From assembly GCA_000165425.1 (NCBI GenBank), contig CT868374.1:310001-374000 (forward strand): a stretch of DNA of 64,000 nt. Reading direction: 5' to 3'. Shown here piece after piece: positions 13,589 through 25,654 of this stretch. Positions within the stretch are counted from its first letter, which is position 1. Each line of letters opens with the position of its first letter. The position numbers and the translations under genes were made by a program. The DNA is from Paramecium tetraurelia. Lineage: Eukaryota. Under the pieces are notes generated by a model. That model did not search any database, had not been told where the DNA came from, and worked only from the letters and a program-made list of their open reading frames with translations.

Positions 13589-15242
13589 ATGCATATTTAA
13601 AAGATTTCAAGATCGATCATCAACCGAAGTTGCTTTTCGACATCAGCAGTAAACGAAGGCACTTTCTTGGATTAAGTGATGGCTTATTTCAATAAGGCAT
13701 CTGGCCATACAAATATAAGTCAAGATAAATTGGAGTAAGCCTCTTATTTAAGGATTTTAGCTTCTACAAGAGTACAGATATAGTGATAAAATTCAATTTG
13801 CCATTGGTGAGAGATGATGGAACCTACGTTTGTGTAATTTATGAGATTAATTATTAGGTGCCTGCATACAGAGCTCAACACAAGACTTACAGATTGCCTA
13901 CAAAAGGAGGAACAAGGTTGAGTCCTCACATCAATATTGAGGAAGTAGAGGCATTGTCATTTTTGATGACATTAAAAAACTCTATTTTAGATTTACCATA
14001 TGGTGGTGCTAAGGGTGGCATTGGCATCAACCCTCGTAAATTTTCAAAAAGAGAAATTGAGACTTTGATGAGGAGATACACTTTGGAATTGGCAAAGAAG
14101 AATTTCATTGGTGCAGCTATTGATGTACCAGGACCAGATCTTGGAGTAATTATTTTTAGTATAAATCAGACTGGTGAATAAGAGATGAGTTGGATGAAGG
14201 ATGCATATACTAAATTCAAAGGACACTAGGACATCAATTCTGTGGGATGTGTGACTGGTAAAGCAATCAATTAAGGGGGAATCTCTGGTAGATAGGAGTC
14301 AACAGGAATGGGAGTAAGTGATTGTAATAGAAATTAGATATTCTTTGCTACAAGGGAGATCTTGAGTGATGTGAAGTATTGTCAATCTGTGGGCATTGAG
14401 CCAAGTTTGAGGGGTAAATTCAATAATAATTTAAGGATATGGAAATGTATAATACTCAAATTAATAGTATAAAGGTTGGTTCATTTCTGTGCTAAATACA
14501 TGTATGATTTATGGAGCCCAAAAATAAATTGGAGTTCGCTGAACCACGAATGGATACAAATTCTTAATTCCAAATTGGAATTCAAACCCCATTATGAGTT
14601 TGGCTGACTCAATAAGATCTAAAGAACTGGAGGAAGTCAAGGGATTTGTTAATGCTTAGAAGTATTGGGAAGATGAGTCAGCAATATATCAATAATGCGA
14701 CATATTCATCCCAGCTGCTTTCGAGAAGACAGTTAATGCTAATAATGCTGACAAATTCAATTGTAAGATCATAGCTGAAGGTGCCAATGGACCTACTACT
14801 ATGGCTGCAGAAGACAAATTGTTAGCAAAGGGTGTGATATTTTTACCAGACATTTTGCTTAATGCTGGTGGTGTTACAGTTAGTTATCTTGAATGGTTAA
14901 AGAACTTAAAGCACATCAATCCAGGAAGAATGACAAGAAGATGGGAAGAGTAAGCTAAACATAGAATTCTTGAAGTCATTAAAATGAGCACAGGTCTCAA
15001 TATCAATATTAAGGACAGTAAGCTTGCTAAAAAGATGTTGGAGGGTCCATCTGAAGTATTTCTATTATTTAAATCTTTAGACTGATTTAGTGCATACAGC
15101 ATTGGAGTAATCCATGATAGAGGCAGTCAAAAATATTATGGCTACATCTCAAGAATACAAAGTCAATTTAAGATTGGCAGCTTATATTAGTGCAATTAAT
15201 AAGTTAAATGAACATTTTGAAATTTCAGGAGTTGAAGCATGA
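13589..15242 (+). CDS. GDH: Glutamate dehydrogenase, NAD(P)-dependent, mitochondrial (apparent frameshifts at ~14415-14640)
   Basis: PTKGGTR, LPYGGAKGGI, DVPGPDLGT, CVTGKAINQGGISGRQESTG, QGYGNVG, IIAEGANGPTT, PDILLNAGGVTVSYLEW; about six introns. Confidence 0.93.
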
Positions 15243-15288
15243 TTGTTTTATATACACAAATATATTCATTAAAATAAGTCAGAATAAA

Positions 15289-16147
15289 ATGATAAAATGG
15301 TTTTGCATTCTCATCTTTATTGAAAATTTCGGTTGCACAGGATTTTCATGTAACCATAGAAGAAATAGAAGAAGAAATTAGTACTATCTCTATTTATTCA
15401 GATAGATAAAAAGAAGATTTACTTTGGATCCACAGTGAGAATAGAACATTAAAGCTCAGAATATTTTCTCCATTCTCATTTGGTGTCTTATGGAAGTGGA
15501 TCAGGATAATAATCAGTCACTGGAATGTAGGCTGATCATGATTACAACAGTTTATGGACTATCAAAGAGTGTCACAATCAACCACTCAAAAAATATGGTA
15601 TTAAATACGTGTATTATTTATAGATGATCAAATCAAATGTGGAGATTGCATTAGACTAGAGCATATGCTAACAAATAGAAATTTACATTCTCATCCTCAT
15701 TAAGCTCCGTTTACTGGTAACCAAGAAGTTTCTGCTTATGGAGATAATGGTAATGGAGATGCAAGTAATAAATTTATTATATATTCATCAGGTGATGATT
15801 GGATAGTGGAATGTGCAGACAATAAGAATGGAGATCCTTTTCAAGCATCAATGTGGTTCTATTTGAAACACAAATTAACATCAAAATACTTAAGGAGTAA
15901 TAAAAAGGATAATTTCAATCAAAGAAATTGTGGATATCATTGTCCAATCGAAGGTTAACTTGAAATTAGTGCTTAATCTACCAAAAATGCAGATGCAAAA
16001 TGGAAAATATATTCAGGATTATTCTATCAATAACCATAATAAATAGATGATGATTATGATTAAGATGGTAGACATTGCAACACTTACGGTTAATGTGATG
16101 ACATTGATGATGATGAATTTGAGACTGTTATATAAAAAGACTTGTGA
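15289..16147 (+). CDS. SDF2: MIR-domain protein, SDF2/SDF2L1-like (ER)
   Basis: FGSTVRIEHQSSEYFLHSHLVSYGSGSGQQSVTG, IKCGDCIRLEHMLTNRNLHSH, GNQEVSAYG; signal-peptide-like N-terminus (needs one frame correction near 15316-15320); ends QKDL-TGA. Confidence 0.88.
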
Positions 16148-16434
16148 TTTATATTATTATAAATATATGTATAATATAATCATACATTAATATATTTGAT
16201 AAATTTGCAATTCTATTTATATCAATATTGATTGACTAAAACAATAAAATCAAAATTTATCTATAGATTGCTATACCTTTTGGTTGTTTTTTTAAAGATA
16301 TTAAAGTTATAGGAAGGTTGAAATAGTTCATTATTAAATTTCTTTAAAAAGAAAGTTATTTAGATTTTTAAGTTGCTTGATATAAATTTTTTCTTTATAT
16401 ATTTATTTTGGTTTTATTTTTCTATTTTATAATG

Positions 16435-17311
16435 TCAAATGTTCAACTCAACTTACAAAGCTGTTAAGTATGTCATTGGGCAGACCTATCCTATTGTCTT
16501 AAGTGGTACTGTTATTCCTGAATGGATGGTCAAACTAAGTCGGTTATTTTAAGATTTTACGAATCGTTATAATTGTATTTGACATATTATCTGACTTGCA
16601 ATTATTTATTGATGTAAAATCTCCAATCACATTTCTTCACTTTGGCATGACAAACCAAGTCAATATTCAATTATTTATCAACCAAGAATCCACAGGCTTT
16701 ATCATTTCCTCTTCTTCTCAAGTAGCCAAATTAAATTTCTTAATTTTAGCAAGCGAGTTTGCCATTTAGGCTATTAGAACCCTTGAGGAAGTATTCATTT
16801 AAATTTTGAGTGTAATTAAATAGTCCATCAAAATACAATTGACTATTGTTAAAGTCCCACTTGATTCCTTCTCTTAGATACCATTATGGTTATGTAATAT
16901 TAAAGTTGTAATTAACAAATAATCCTTAGTTGAAAGATATCCCTAAACATAAAAAAATTGATTACAAACAGAGTGCCAAAATTTGGTATTGACTTCTTTT
17001 TACAATCCAAATTAATATTATAGTTTTTTATCAACCGAGAAGACTTTGGCAAAGTAAGAGGCTTCGAATTTACCAAGCTTCCATTTACCTAAATCTAATC
17101 CTAATTTCAAGTCATTTTGATCTCTAACTCTGAAATGAACCTTTACTGCATCCCAAGGAAAGCGAACATCTACTGTTTAACTTTTACAGTATTTTCTATA
17201 TCTGAATTTAGTATCTGAGTTCTTCATCTGGCCATTTATTTATAAAGAGTGAATTTCAGGGTTGTCAATAAAGAAATTATAGAATGCACTATCTTTTATT
17301 TGGCTCGTCAT
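16435..17311 (-). CDS. 275-aa protein, candidate divergent mitochondrial beta-barrel (VDAC/Tom40 superfamily)
   Basis: Removing introns of 23 and 26 nt gives a clean 276-codon ORF; alternating hydrophobic/polar strands; C-terminal YLTALQVELNI. The ORF is well supported; the family call is inference. Confidence 0.55.
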
Positions 17312-17506
17312 ATTTTTATAATATTGATTAATTAGCTATCGTTTTATTTATAATCTAAAAATAATAATTCAACCAAAATAGAAGTATATAATAATTCTGA
17401 GAATTTGATATTTAAGTAACATGATCATCTCTTTAGATTGAGTTAGTTTAAACAGAATTGAAGTATAAATATCTATTGGATGATTGTTTTAATATAATAT
17501 GAATAT

Positions 17507-18631
17507 TCAAACTTGACTCCACGAAGAAGGAAGAAACTGTAGATCCATCTAATGAAAAAGTTTAGATAAATCTATTTCCTCCTTGCTTGATCCTCTTATT
17601 AGGACTAGTCTACTCGAGTCATTAAGTTTAAGCTATTTTTTTAAAGGTTAATAATGATATGAATTGGATTTCTAAGGTTCGATTGCCTTCTCCAGTTAAG
17701 ATATCTTGGCAATTATCTTGTTGGCTTCCTTAGAATTCCATTCAGAAGACACAGTGTAAGAATTTCCAACTTATTGTTTAGGGTCTAAATTGATATTTTA
17801 AGAATTTGTACTTGAAATACTTGAACAAAGAATCGTTTTTTTGTAACGATGTTTCAAAGCAAATTCGGTTCTCTTCTTGCTTTCTGTCACGGCTGAAAGT
17901 CGAATGGCTATTTCTGCCCATCTACGTCCATGCTACAGGAGTAACTGTAAGAAATAAAGATCTTCTGCGTCACTCCACTCTTCACTGAAATGATAATCAT
18001 ATGGATTTACCGATTAATAGATGGATCTAATTTATTGCCCCATCTTTCTCTACATTGTTTGGGTGTTCTCATCAATTTATTCTAACATACATCATTTAGT
18101 TCTTTGGCTATTTTGCTCCATTTGTTGCCTTTCTTTTATTTTAAAAATGACCTAAACCATTGAACGAACTAATTACAATATAATTTCAAGCAAGTGTTGA
18201 TCCTCCTATTCAGTCCATGGATTGTTATAAGCCGATTGAGGTAGAAATTATAGACTCATTTACTAAAATTCCTAAGGAGTTCTAAAGGTTGGCATCAATT
18301 CACTCACTAATTACCATTATTCATCAGACTGTTTATAGTTATAAAAATATACAAGTTTTAAACTTGGAGGGGCCTGAACACTTATTAGAATACACTGAAG
18401 TAAAATTTCCTCATTTTTTTCCCTGTGATCTGTTGTCTTAGCTTGTTGAAGCTGATAATACGTCCCTTCTAAGGTTTTGTAATTAGGAATGGAGTTGAAG
18501 TGTAACATCCACTTTTTTTTATATTCCTTGATGTCAACGTTTTGAATTTGAAGAAAGTTCAATTTGTTAGAATCTAAGGACTCTTCAGTTGATTAGTGAT
18601 AAGATTATTAGTGAACATGAAGGAAGCTCAT
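17507..18631 (-). CDS. Myb-domain (R2R3-type) transcription factor
   Basis: PWTEQEDQHLLEI...NKWSKIAKEL...RTPKQCRERWGNKLDPSIN and EWSDAEDLYFLQLLLQHGRRWAEIAIRL...RTEFALKHRY. Confidence 0.9.
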
Positions 18632-19699
18632 ATTCTTTTCTGTTTATAAATTAATAAAATCTCTCGCATTCACAAAATTTCTTTATGTATTATGCTGGAT
18701 GAATATCTTCCAATAATATAAAAGTAGAAAAGTTTCGGAAAATAATATTCTAAACTACAATTTCACATTAATACTTGATAACTTATATATATGTTGATTA
18801 AAAACTACAGCAACTAAGAAGGTTGAAGACTTTAAGTACAAAATTCATTTCATATTTAGAATAATCAATTAATATTGATATATATTATGAGTTGTTTATT
18901 GTATATAATATAATGAATGAATTTTAATCACAATCTTCACAGCATACTCTCAATGGTTTCCCTCTAAGAATTAAGAATTTATTCCAAAATAGATTTTTCA
19001 TTAAACATTCTTATAATTCTAAATTTATTCAATATCAATGATAATACTATTTCTAATGATGTATTTCCCTTATTTTGAAGTCCAATCTAGATCCAAAAAT
19101 TTTTGTCAATTTTTTTCCTTCATTTTTAAAAGGAATTTATATTGAAATTTAATTCTAAAATTGAAAATTTATTAAAATGACACCTGCTTAATTTTATTGA
19201 GTTGTGTCATTATTAAATTCTCAGCTACTATAAAAGCTTTCAGTATTGAACATTCATGTAAATACAAAGTGATTCTTTATTTTATCTAATCCTTATTGGA
19301 TTCATTTAGATTTTCTATTTCACGCATACTAGAAATAAAATTAAAACACCTCAAAGATACATTAATTATTCTATTAGAATCATTTCCTTTGTATTATCCT
19401 TGAAAATGAAAATGGCAATAACTTTAGCTTTGGTTTTTAATAATAATTTTATTTAATAATTCAGAATAGGATCTATCATTTAATCTACCTTTGTGTTTGA
19501 GAATTCAGAAACTGATTGATAAAGAATTACGATGAAACTCATTTCTCTTTTTATTTACATTTAAGATAATCCAATAATTCTTATTGCAGACTTAGTATTT
19601 TATTCGATGTCTCCCAGAAATTTACATTATCCTTTTTATTATCTTCAAGAATATTCTCTAAATTAAATATATATATATTATAATTAATTGTTCCTTGTA

Positions 19700-21336
19700 T
19701 ATGAGTTAGAGTTGATTAGAATAATATCTTTTATGTTTGTGATAGCAGAACAGAAATATTCGATAAAGTGGATTTATTGGTAGTAATTAGGCTTCCTCTT
19801 CGCTAATCTAGATATTATATATCTATTCTTAGAGTTACAAATAACTCTTATAATTTTGATGTAAATGATATTTAATATTCAAAAATTTACAATTCGATGA
19901 TAGAATCTATATATGATTAATCTATACAACCTATAATTAATAATTTCTTCTTTGAACAAGCTCAATTCCTTATCTACTCATCCAACACTTAAGTTTCCAA
20001 CTTCCTTGGCAATATTGTAATTATTCTTAATTAGTTTTATAAATAATATCATTTTTATAATAATAAATGATTAACTCATTGTGATCATCGATTAATTGAT
20101 TACGATAAATTAGGCGGTTTGTTAGGCAACTGATCTTCCTCTTATTGATTATTTTTCGCACATTTACCCTGAGATGTCAAATATCCCTCTATCCTATTGG
20201 ATTAAAAGCATTTATCACAAATAGGTTTTTTCGGCATTTAAAAGCTTTTTACATGCACAATCTTAGCTTTTGCATAAAATTTGCCACATCTTATGCATTT
20301 AAAATAAAATGATTCCTGATCTTAAAATTTAATTAACTTAATTTGGAATTCCATCCAATTAACAAAGGTTTGAATATCTTCCTAATAATTATCTTTAACA
20401 TATTTCTGTATTTTTTGGAAATTCTTCTTAACCAACTTTTCAAACTCTTTGCTTAAATCTGCTTACCATTGCTATTTATAGTAATCAACTAAAGCAGTTC
20501 CATTGCAAAGTTTGCATTAACTTGGATCCTTTTCTTGGTACTTACACACACATAAAATCTTACTATGCTAAACAGCAAAGATTTCATTGTAGTCCAAATC
20601 AGGCATATAATCTTAAGGTACATCTCTGGATATTTATAATGACTGTTTTTCAAAGAGTTTTTCATCGTTCTTTACTTTTAAAGTCCTTGTCCTTGCTCCT
20701 TGTCTAAAATTCTTTAACATTTAATCATAAGATGAACTAGAATCGATAATGATTTCTTCATTTCCATCTGCAGCAAAGCTAAAAATAATAAAGAAATTTT
20801 ACACATATTTGGTTGTTTTTGCAAATCCATGTTGATTTTCCATCTTCTTTTGGAACTAATCATAACTGGATGCTAACAAAAGGTTGCTCTTTATAACTTC
20901 ACCATTTTTATCTAAAAAGTATATTGATAATTGTTCTTCTATTTCCTTTACTTTATCTCCTTTGTGTTCTAATAATTATTAATTTTAAATACTTAAATTT
21001 TAGTCTTCTTTTCCGTCAATATATTTTTTATAAACAACTATTTTCTCTTATTCCTCCTTCACTTTTAGTATTTGATAACTTGATTTCTATTGTAAACGTT
21101 GTTTCATTTAATGATATGATATACTAGAATCGATAGTGATTTCATCATCATTATCATCCGAATATCTAGAATAATCATATGTCTCACGTATAAATAGTTG
21201 TCTCCGGATATTAATATTTTGTTAGCATTTAACTCTAGAAATCTACGTATTTGGATGGCAAAATAAGAGATTCTTTTTAACCATTCTTCTTCTCGAATTT
21301 AATTTCACTTTTTTGCTAAACCACTTTTTATTGCAT
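19700..21336 (-). CDS. Protein with two tandem PB1-like domains and a Cys-rich region (3' end uncertain)
   Basis: ATG 21336; YTYSDDNDDEITIDSSISYHQM..ILKVK and YVFAADGNEEIIIDSSSSYDQM..TLKVK, each with an intron just before the acidic motif; then CVC..CKLC..CIRC..CDKC. Confidence 0.6.
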
Positions 21337-21380
21337 AATCTAACTTTAGTAAATTAATTAATTCTCTAACAGCAACTCTC

Positions 21381-22490
21381 ATGTTCCAAAAACAAAAAAA
21401 TTAGAAATCACTTATATTAGAACTTGATTATGAAATCGAAAGCAAATCAATAAAGAGTTCAACAAAAATGACTGAATAGAAAATAATATCAAAATTTGTT
21501 GATTTATATGAGGAAGTTCTCGTTTAAATCAAAGGATCACAGAATCTGGTATCACATATTTCACTATTTTAGTATTTAATCAATAAAATGGCTAACTGCA
21601 AGAATGGGGATGTTTTTAATCTGGATCTATTGTTGTCCAATTTCAAATACCTGATTACATTGTTAATTCAAGAATTAGTATTGTTTATTCCTATTTAGAT
21701 CCAATATTAGATGCAAGTGGACTCTCAAAACATCGAACCAAACAAACCCAATTATCACGAGTTGAATTAAATGAAACTTGACCTCCAAAGATTCAAATAT
21801 GTAACACTTTTATTGAAAATTAAGGACAAGACTGACCTATAATATAGAGTTAAAGAGCTTGAACAAGACCTACACCAACAATAACAATTAAATGCCTCCA
21901 TCTGTCAAGATTTACTAGAAGCTAGACAAAAATATTAAGTAAACTATAATAACATTACGAAAAAAGGAATTATAACAGAAATTCGATCGTTAAACCTAAA
22001 TCAAGTATGACAAAACCTTCTATACACAATATGACCAAAACATCAAGGAAAAACTCAAATAGCTGCATACAATCTACAAAATTGACAAATCTTAGAAAGC
22101 CAAATCCATAGTTAATTAAAGGCAAAAGCTAACCATCATGACTGAACCATGTGATTCTGATTCCTATCATGACAGATTTGGAGATATGACAGAAAAAAGT
22201 AATTCCTTTTATGGCAGAATCAGTAACAAGAACAAATAAAATCAAACTATTGAGAGTATTTTGTATCACAATTTCTTTTAGCCATCACCTCTGTCGGTAC
22301 TGATTACAATAATGTGTCTGATTCCTTTTCATGTCTTCTAAACAACAGCTTTTATAACAAAAGAGATAAATCTGCTAGTCTCTCCATTGATTAATCCCTT
22401 GAACACTACAAAAATCTGAAACATGTCTTCAAATAAGGACTCCCTATAAATAACTCTATCAAATGCAAAAAATAGACTTAATTTAGCTGA
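21381..22490 (+). CDS. Hypothetical coiled-coil protein
   Basis: ATG 21381 MFQKQKNQKSLILELDYEIE...; several tiny introns; heptad-like LQYRVKELEQDLHQQ; TGA 22488-22490. Confidence 0.55.
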
Positions 22491-22549
22491 TAATTGTGAT
22501 TACTAATTTATTTATATTAAATATTTCTCATTTCATATATTCGAAAATT

Positions 22550-22885
22550 ATGAATTTCAATAGAGGACCAAGGCCTAGCTTTAGCATGCCTAAATAAATA
22601 GAAAGCATTAAGGAAGAAAAACCATATTCATATGTTGATATAGAAAGCACCGACTGCTTTCGAAACGAAAAAATAATAAAAAATGTCAAATTTGCACCAA
22701 CTATTACTGTTTTTTTAAGATTTCAGGATGAAGACATTATGAAATTCAAAGAGAGATTAAGAAAATAGATCCTTTAAACCAAAGAAACCTTTGATTTCAA
22801 CCCATCCCTAGATGAACCAAAAAAGAAAGGATAACTTAAGTCTTGTTTAAAAACCTTTTCTGAATGGGATTCTTAATAATTTTGA
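22550..22885 (+). CDS. 111-aa hypothetical protein with PP1-docking-like motifs
   Basis: Intronless 112-codon ORF; contains KNVKF (RVxF-type) and KSCLK (SILK-like). Confidence 0.65.
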
Positions 22886-24407
22886 TATGATTTCTTTTTG
22901 TTCTACTCTATATATAAATATCTCAACTTAAAATTACTCAAATCCTTCAAATATATAGAAGATAAATTTTACTCATTCTTTCACACAGGCGATTGAGGAG
23001 AATCTCTAACAAATGCAACAAATATAAAAATAAACGCAACAGTAGGAAAATGAATATAAAAAAGAATTATCATACATATATTAACATATGATGACAGTTA
23101 GAATATTCTCATAACAACTGAACATAATTAAAAATCACATTTGGAAGAAATCAAAACCACCATTCTCTTATTATAGGATTGATAAATAAATTTTTCTATT
23201 AATATTTTGTTTTGACATTTTCAAAACAAGTATATATTTTTAATTATAATATTACTCAATCTAGTTTATTTCTATACTTGGTTAGGCTTTTCTCTTTTGT
23301 TAAGTTTTTAGCTGTTTATTTTAATCAGGGAGGATGACTAGTAACAGTTAAATCCTAAAGTTTAATTATTTTGTTTGAATAAAAAGATTGTAAATTAATC
23401 TAAAATATTATAAATAAAAGATAATTTTTATAATAATTTAATTAATAAATATATCAAAATAGCCGAAGTAAATAAAATGCAAGAGAAATTTTGATAAATG
23501 ACATGCACATATCCCAAAGCCAAAATGCTAAACAAATTTGAAAATCTTGAGTTTAGGATTAGATTATGCATCAGGATTTTAATATTAAATGAGAGTATGT
23601 TTAATTGTAGGCAGTCCTCTGAAAATAATTTTGAATAATCTTTTCCATCTTATTTGTTGTTATCTGGAAGTAATAAGATTTGCATCAATACTTGAGGGAG
23701 GACACAAAAATTATTACGTAACTTTTTGTTAAAAATTTTTAATAATCTACTTATAAAAGTTATTAATCTAGAGATTTTAAGTTCTTGATTTACAATTCGA
23801 CAAATGTGAATGTAATATTTATTTTGTATACCAAAGACTTAAAGACACAATAGAAAATCCTACATGTACATAATTATATCGAAATGCTAAATAGTAATTC
23901 AAAAATTAAGAAGCAATCTGATTCACTTGTAATACTCATCCAAAATATGATTGGAATTAAAGATTTAACTTTATCCTATTAAAAAGTCGGTTTTTTATAA
24001 TCCAAACTAAAATAAAGTAATTGAAACTTCGTATCGAAATCTATGAAAAACTCAAAGTGGCGAGCAATTTTAGAATTTTAAAAGAACAAAATAAATACAA
24101 CCTCTAATTTATTTCGAGAAGTGTTTAGAGATTGATAATTTGTTTTATTTTTGATATCAATAAATTTAATAATTAAACATCAAAATATATTTCCTATCTA
24201 AATTATGATGTTTAGGGACAAAACATAAAGGCTATCCACTTTTTGTATTAAGATTTTATTAAAACCAATCTCATTATAGTGTAGTAATCATTTAGAGAAG
24301 ATTTGATAATGTTATTAGAAATAATAGTGACTGTCAATTAGTATATCTATTTTAGGCTGGCGTAACGAATTCATTATATATATAATATTAAATGTGTGTT
24401 GTTAATC

Positions 24408-25625
24408 TCAATTTAATTAGAGTCTCTCTCTAAGATATTCCTTAAGAGTAACAATCTTATCTTGGATATGATCTGAGATTCTAGAAATCAAGTCTTGTAA
24501 TTGGACTCTGGATTGAGTTTCCATTTAATAAATATCTTATTATTATCTGCACCATTGATCCTATCCATCCAAATTGGACTATAAATAATGACTAAGATAA
24601 AGTTACTTGATTTCTCTCTACTTCAGCAGCATGATATTCAACTTTGCCCTAGGATTCTTCGATAATGCTTTGATAATTCAAGATAGCTTATTCAAGATTC
24701 TATCTTTAATCAGATCTAAAGAATGAAATTAATAATTACAAGGTGTTTCTTTCATTGGTTAAGTCGGATAAGAACTATTACCAGTTCAGACTTTATTATT
24801 TTTCAATGTCTTCATCACTTGATTTGCTTTCAACGATTTAGACTCTCAAATTGGACAATAACTATAAGACTTTCTTGGCTGTATCAGAATCAGACTTAGC
24901 TGAGAGTTGGGTCATCATGGTTAGAATTGGTTAAAATAATAATCCACTTGATGTTGATTGACTAATGGTAATGTGATGATTATTGTTTACCTCTATAATC
25001 TGGACAAGACTTTGTTAAATCTTCCTTTGACTTGAATGAATGAGGATCCTCCTGAGAGATGCTCAATCAAAGCATAAGCTTCGTCAATGGCTGAGATAGC
25101 TTCAGCATGGTCCTTGATTTTAGATTAAAATTCAGCATATTGTAAATCTCTTTCACTTTGTCCTGCATTAGTTTTTTTGGAATTCTCTTCAATTTCAACA
25201 GAAACCTCAGCAATTTTGTTTAATGATCTTTGCAAATTGTTTGTATTCTCATCAACGATTTTTAGTATGAGCTTTCAATTAACTTTAATGATATGCCAAG
25301 TTTGTAGAGAAATCGTGAAGCAATCTGTTACATGAGGCTTGTGTATTTTGGATATAAAGATCGGAGTCTTTCTGTTCTTATTCCAACATGAATCTAATTA
25401 TAAATACAAGGTAGAACCTGATGTTGTTAATATAGCTTTGAATTTCGTGGACTGGTGACCCTGTGGCTAAACTAATTTAAATGGCATTCAAGAATGTTTT
25501 TCCCATATGATTGTTGTCGATTTCTGCAAGTACAACTTTAGGATCTGTGGCCAATTTGCTTAATGCCTTTAATGATTACGAAGTCTTAATACCAAACCAA
25601 TCAATAGCACTATTAGGATTCTCAT
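24408..25625 (-). CDS. Trichocyst matrix protein (TMP) precursor
   Basis: Signal peptide MRILIVLLIGLALS; MGKTFLNAIQISLATGSPV; QASCNRLL; AISAIDEAYALIEHLSGGSSFIQVKGRF; KKVLQLLSNLR; DQWCRQQ. Helical precursor organisation typical of TMPs; several introns. Confidence 0.88.
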
Positions 25626-25654
25626 TTTTATATATAATTAATTAAAAACGAATT

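Noticed and set aside
14415..14640. RNA editing or programmed frameshifting as the explanation for the GDH indels
   Set aside because: Too many clustered homopolymer-type insertions; base-calling error is much simpler, and I know of no such editing in Paramecium nuclear genes.
23400..24400. Coding-like fragments, including a C2-like TCNTHPKYDWNQRF
   Set aside because: No consistent gene model could be built; possibly a relic, but unsupported.
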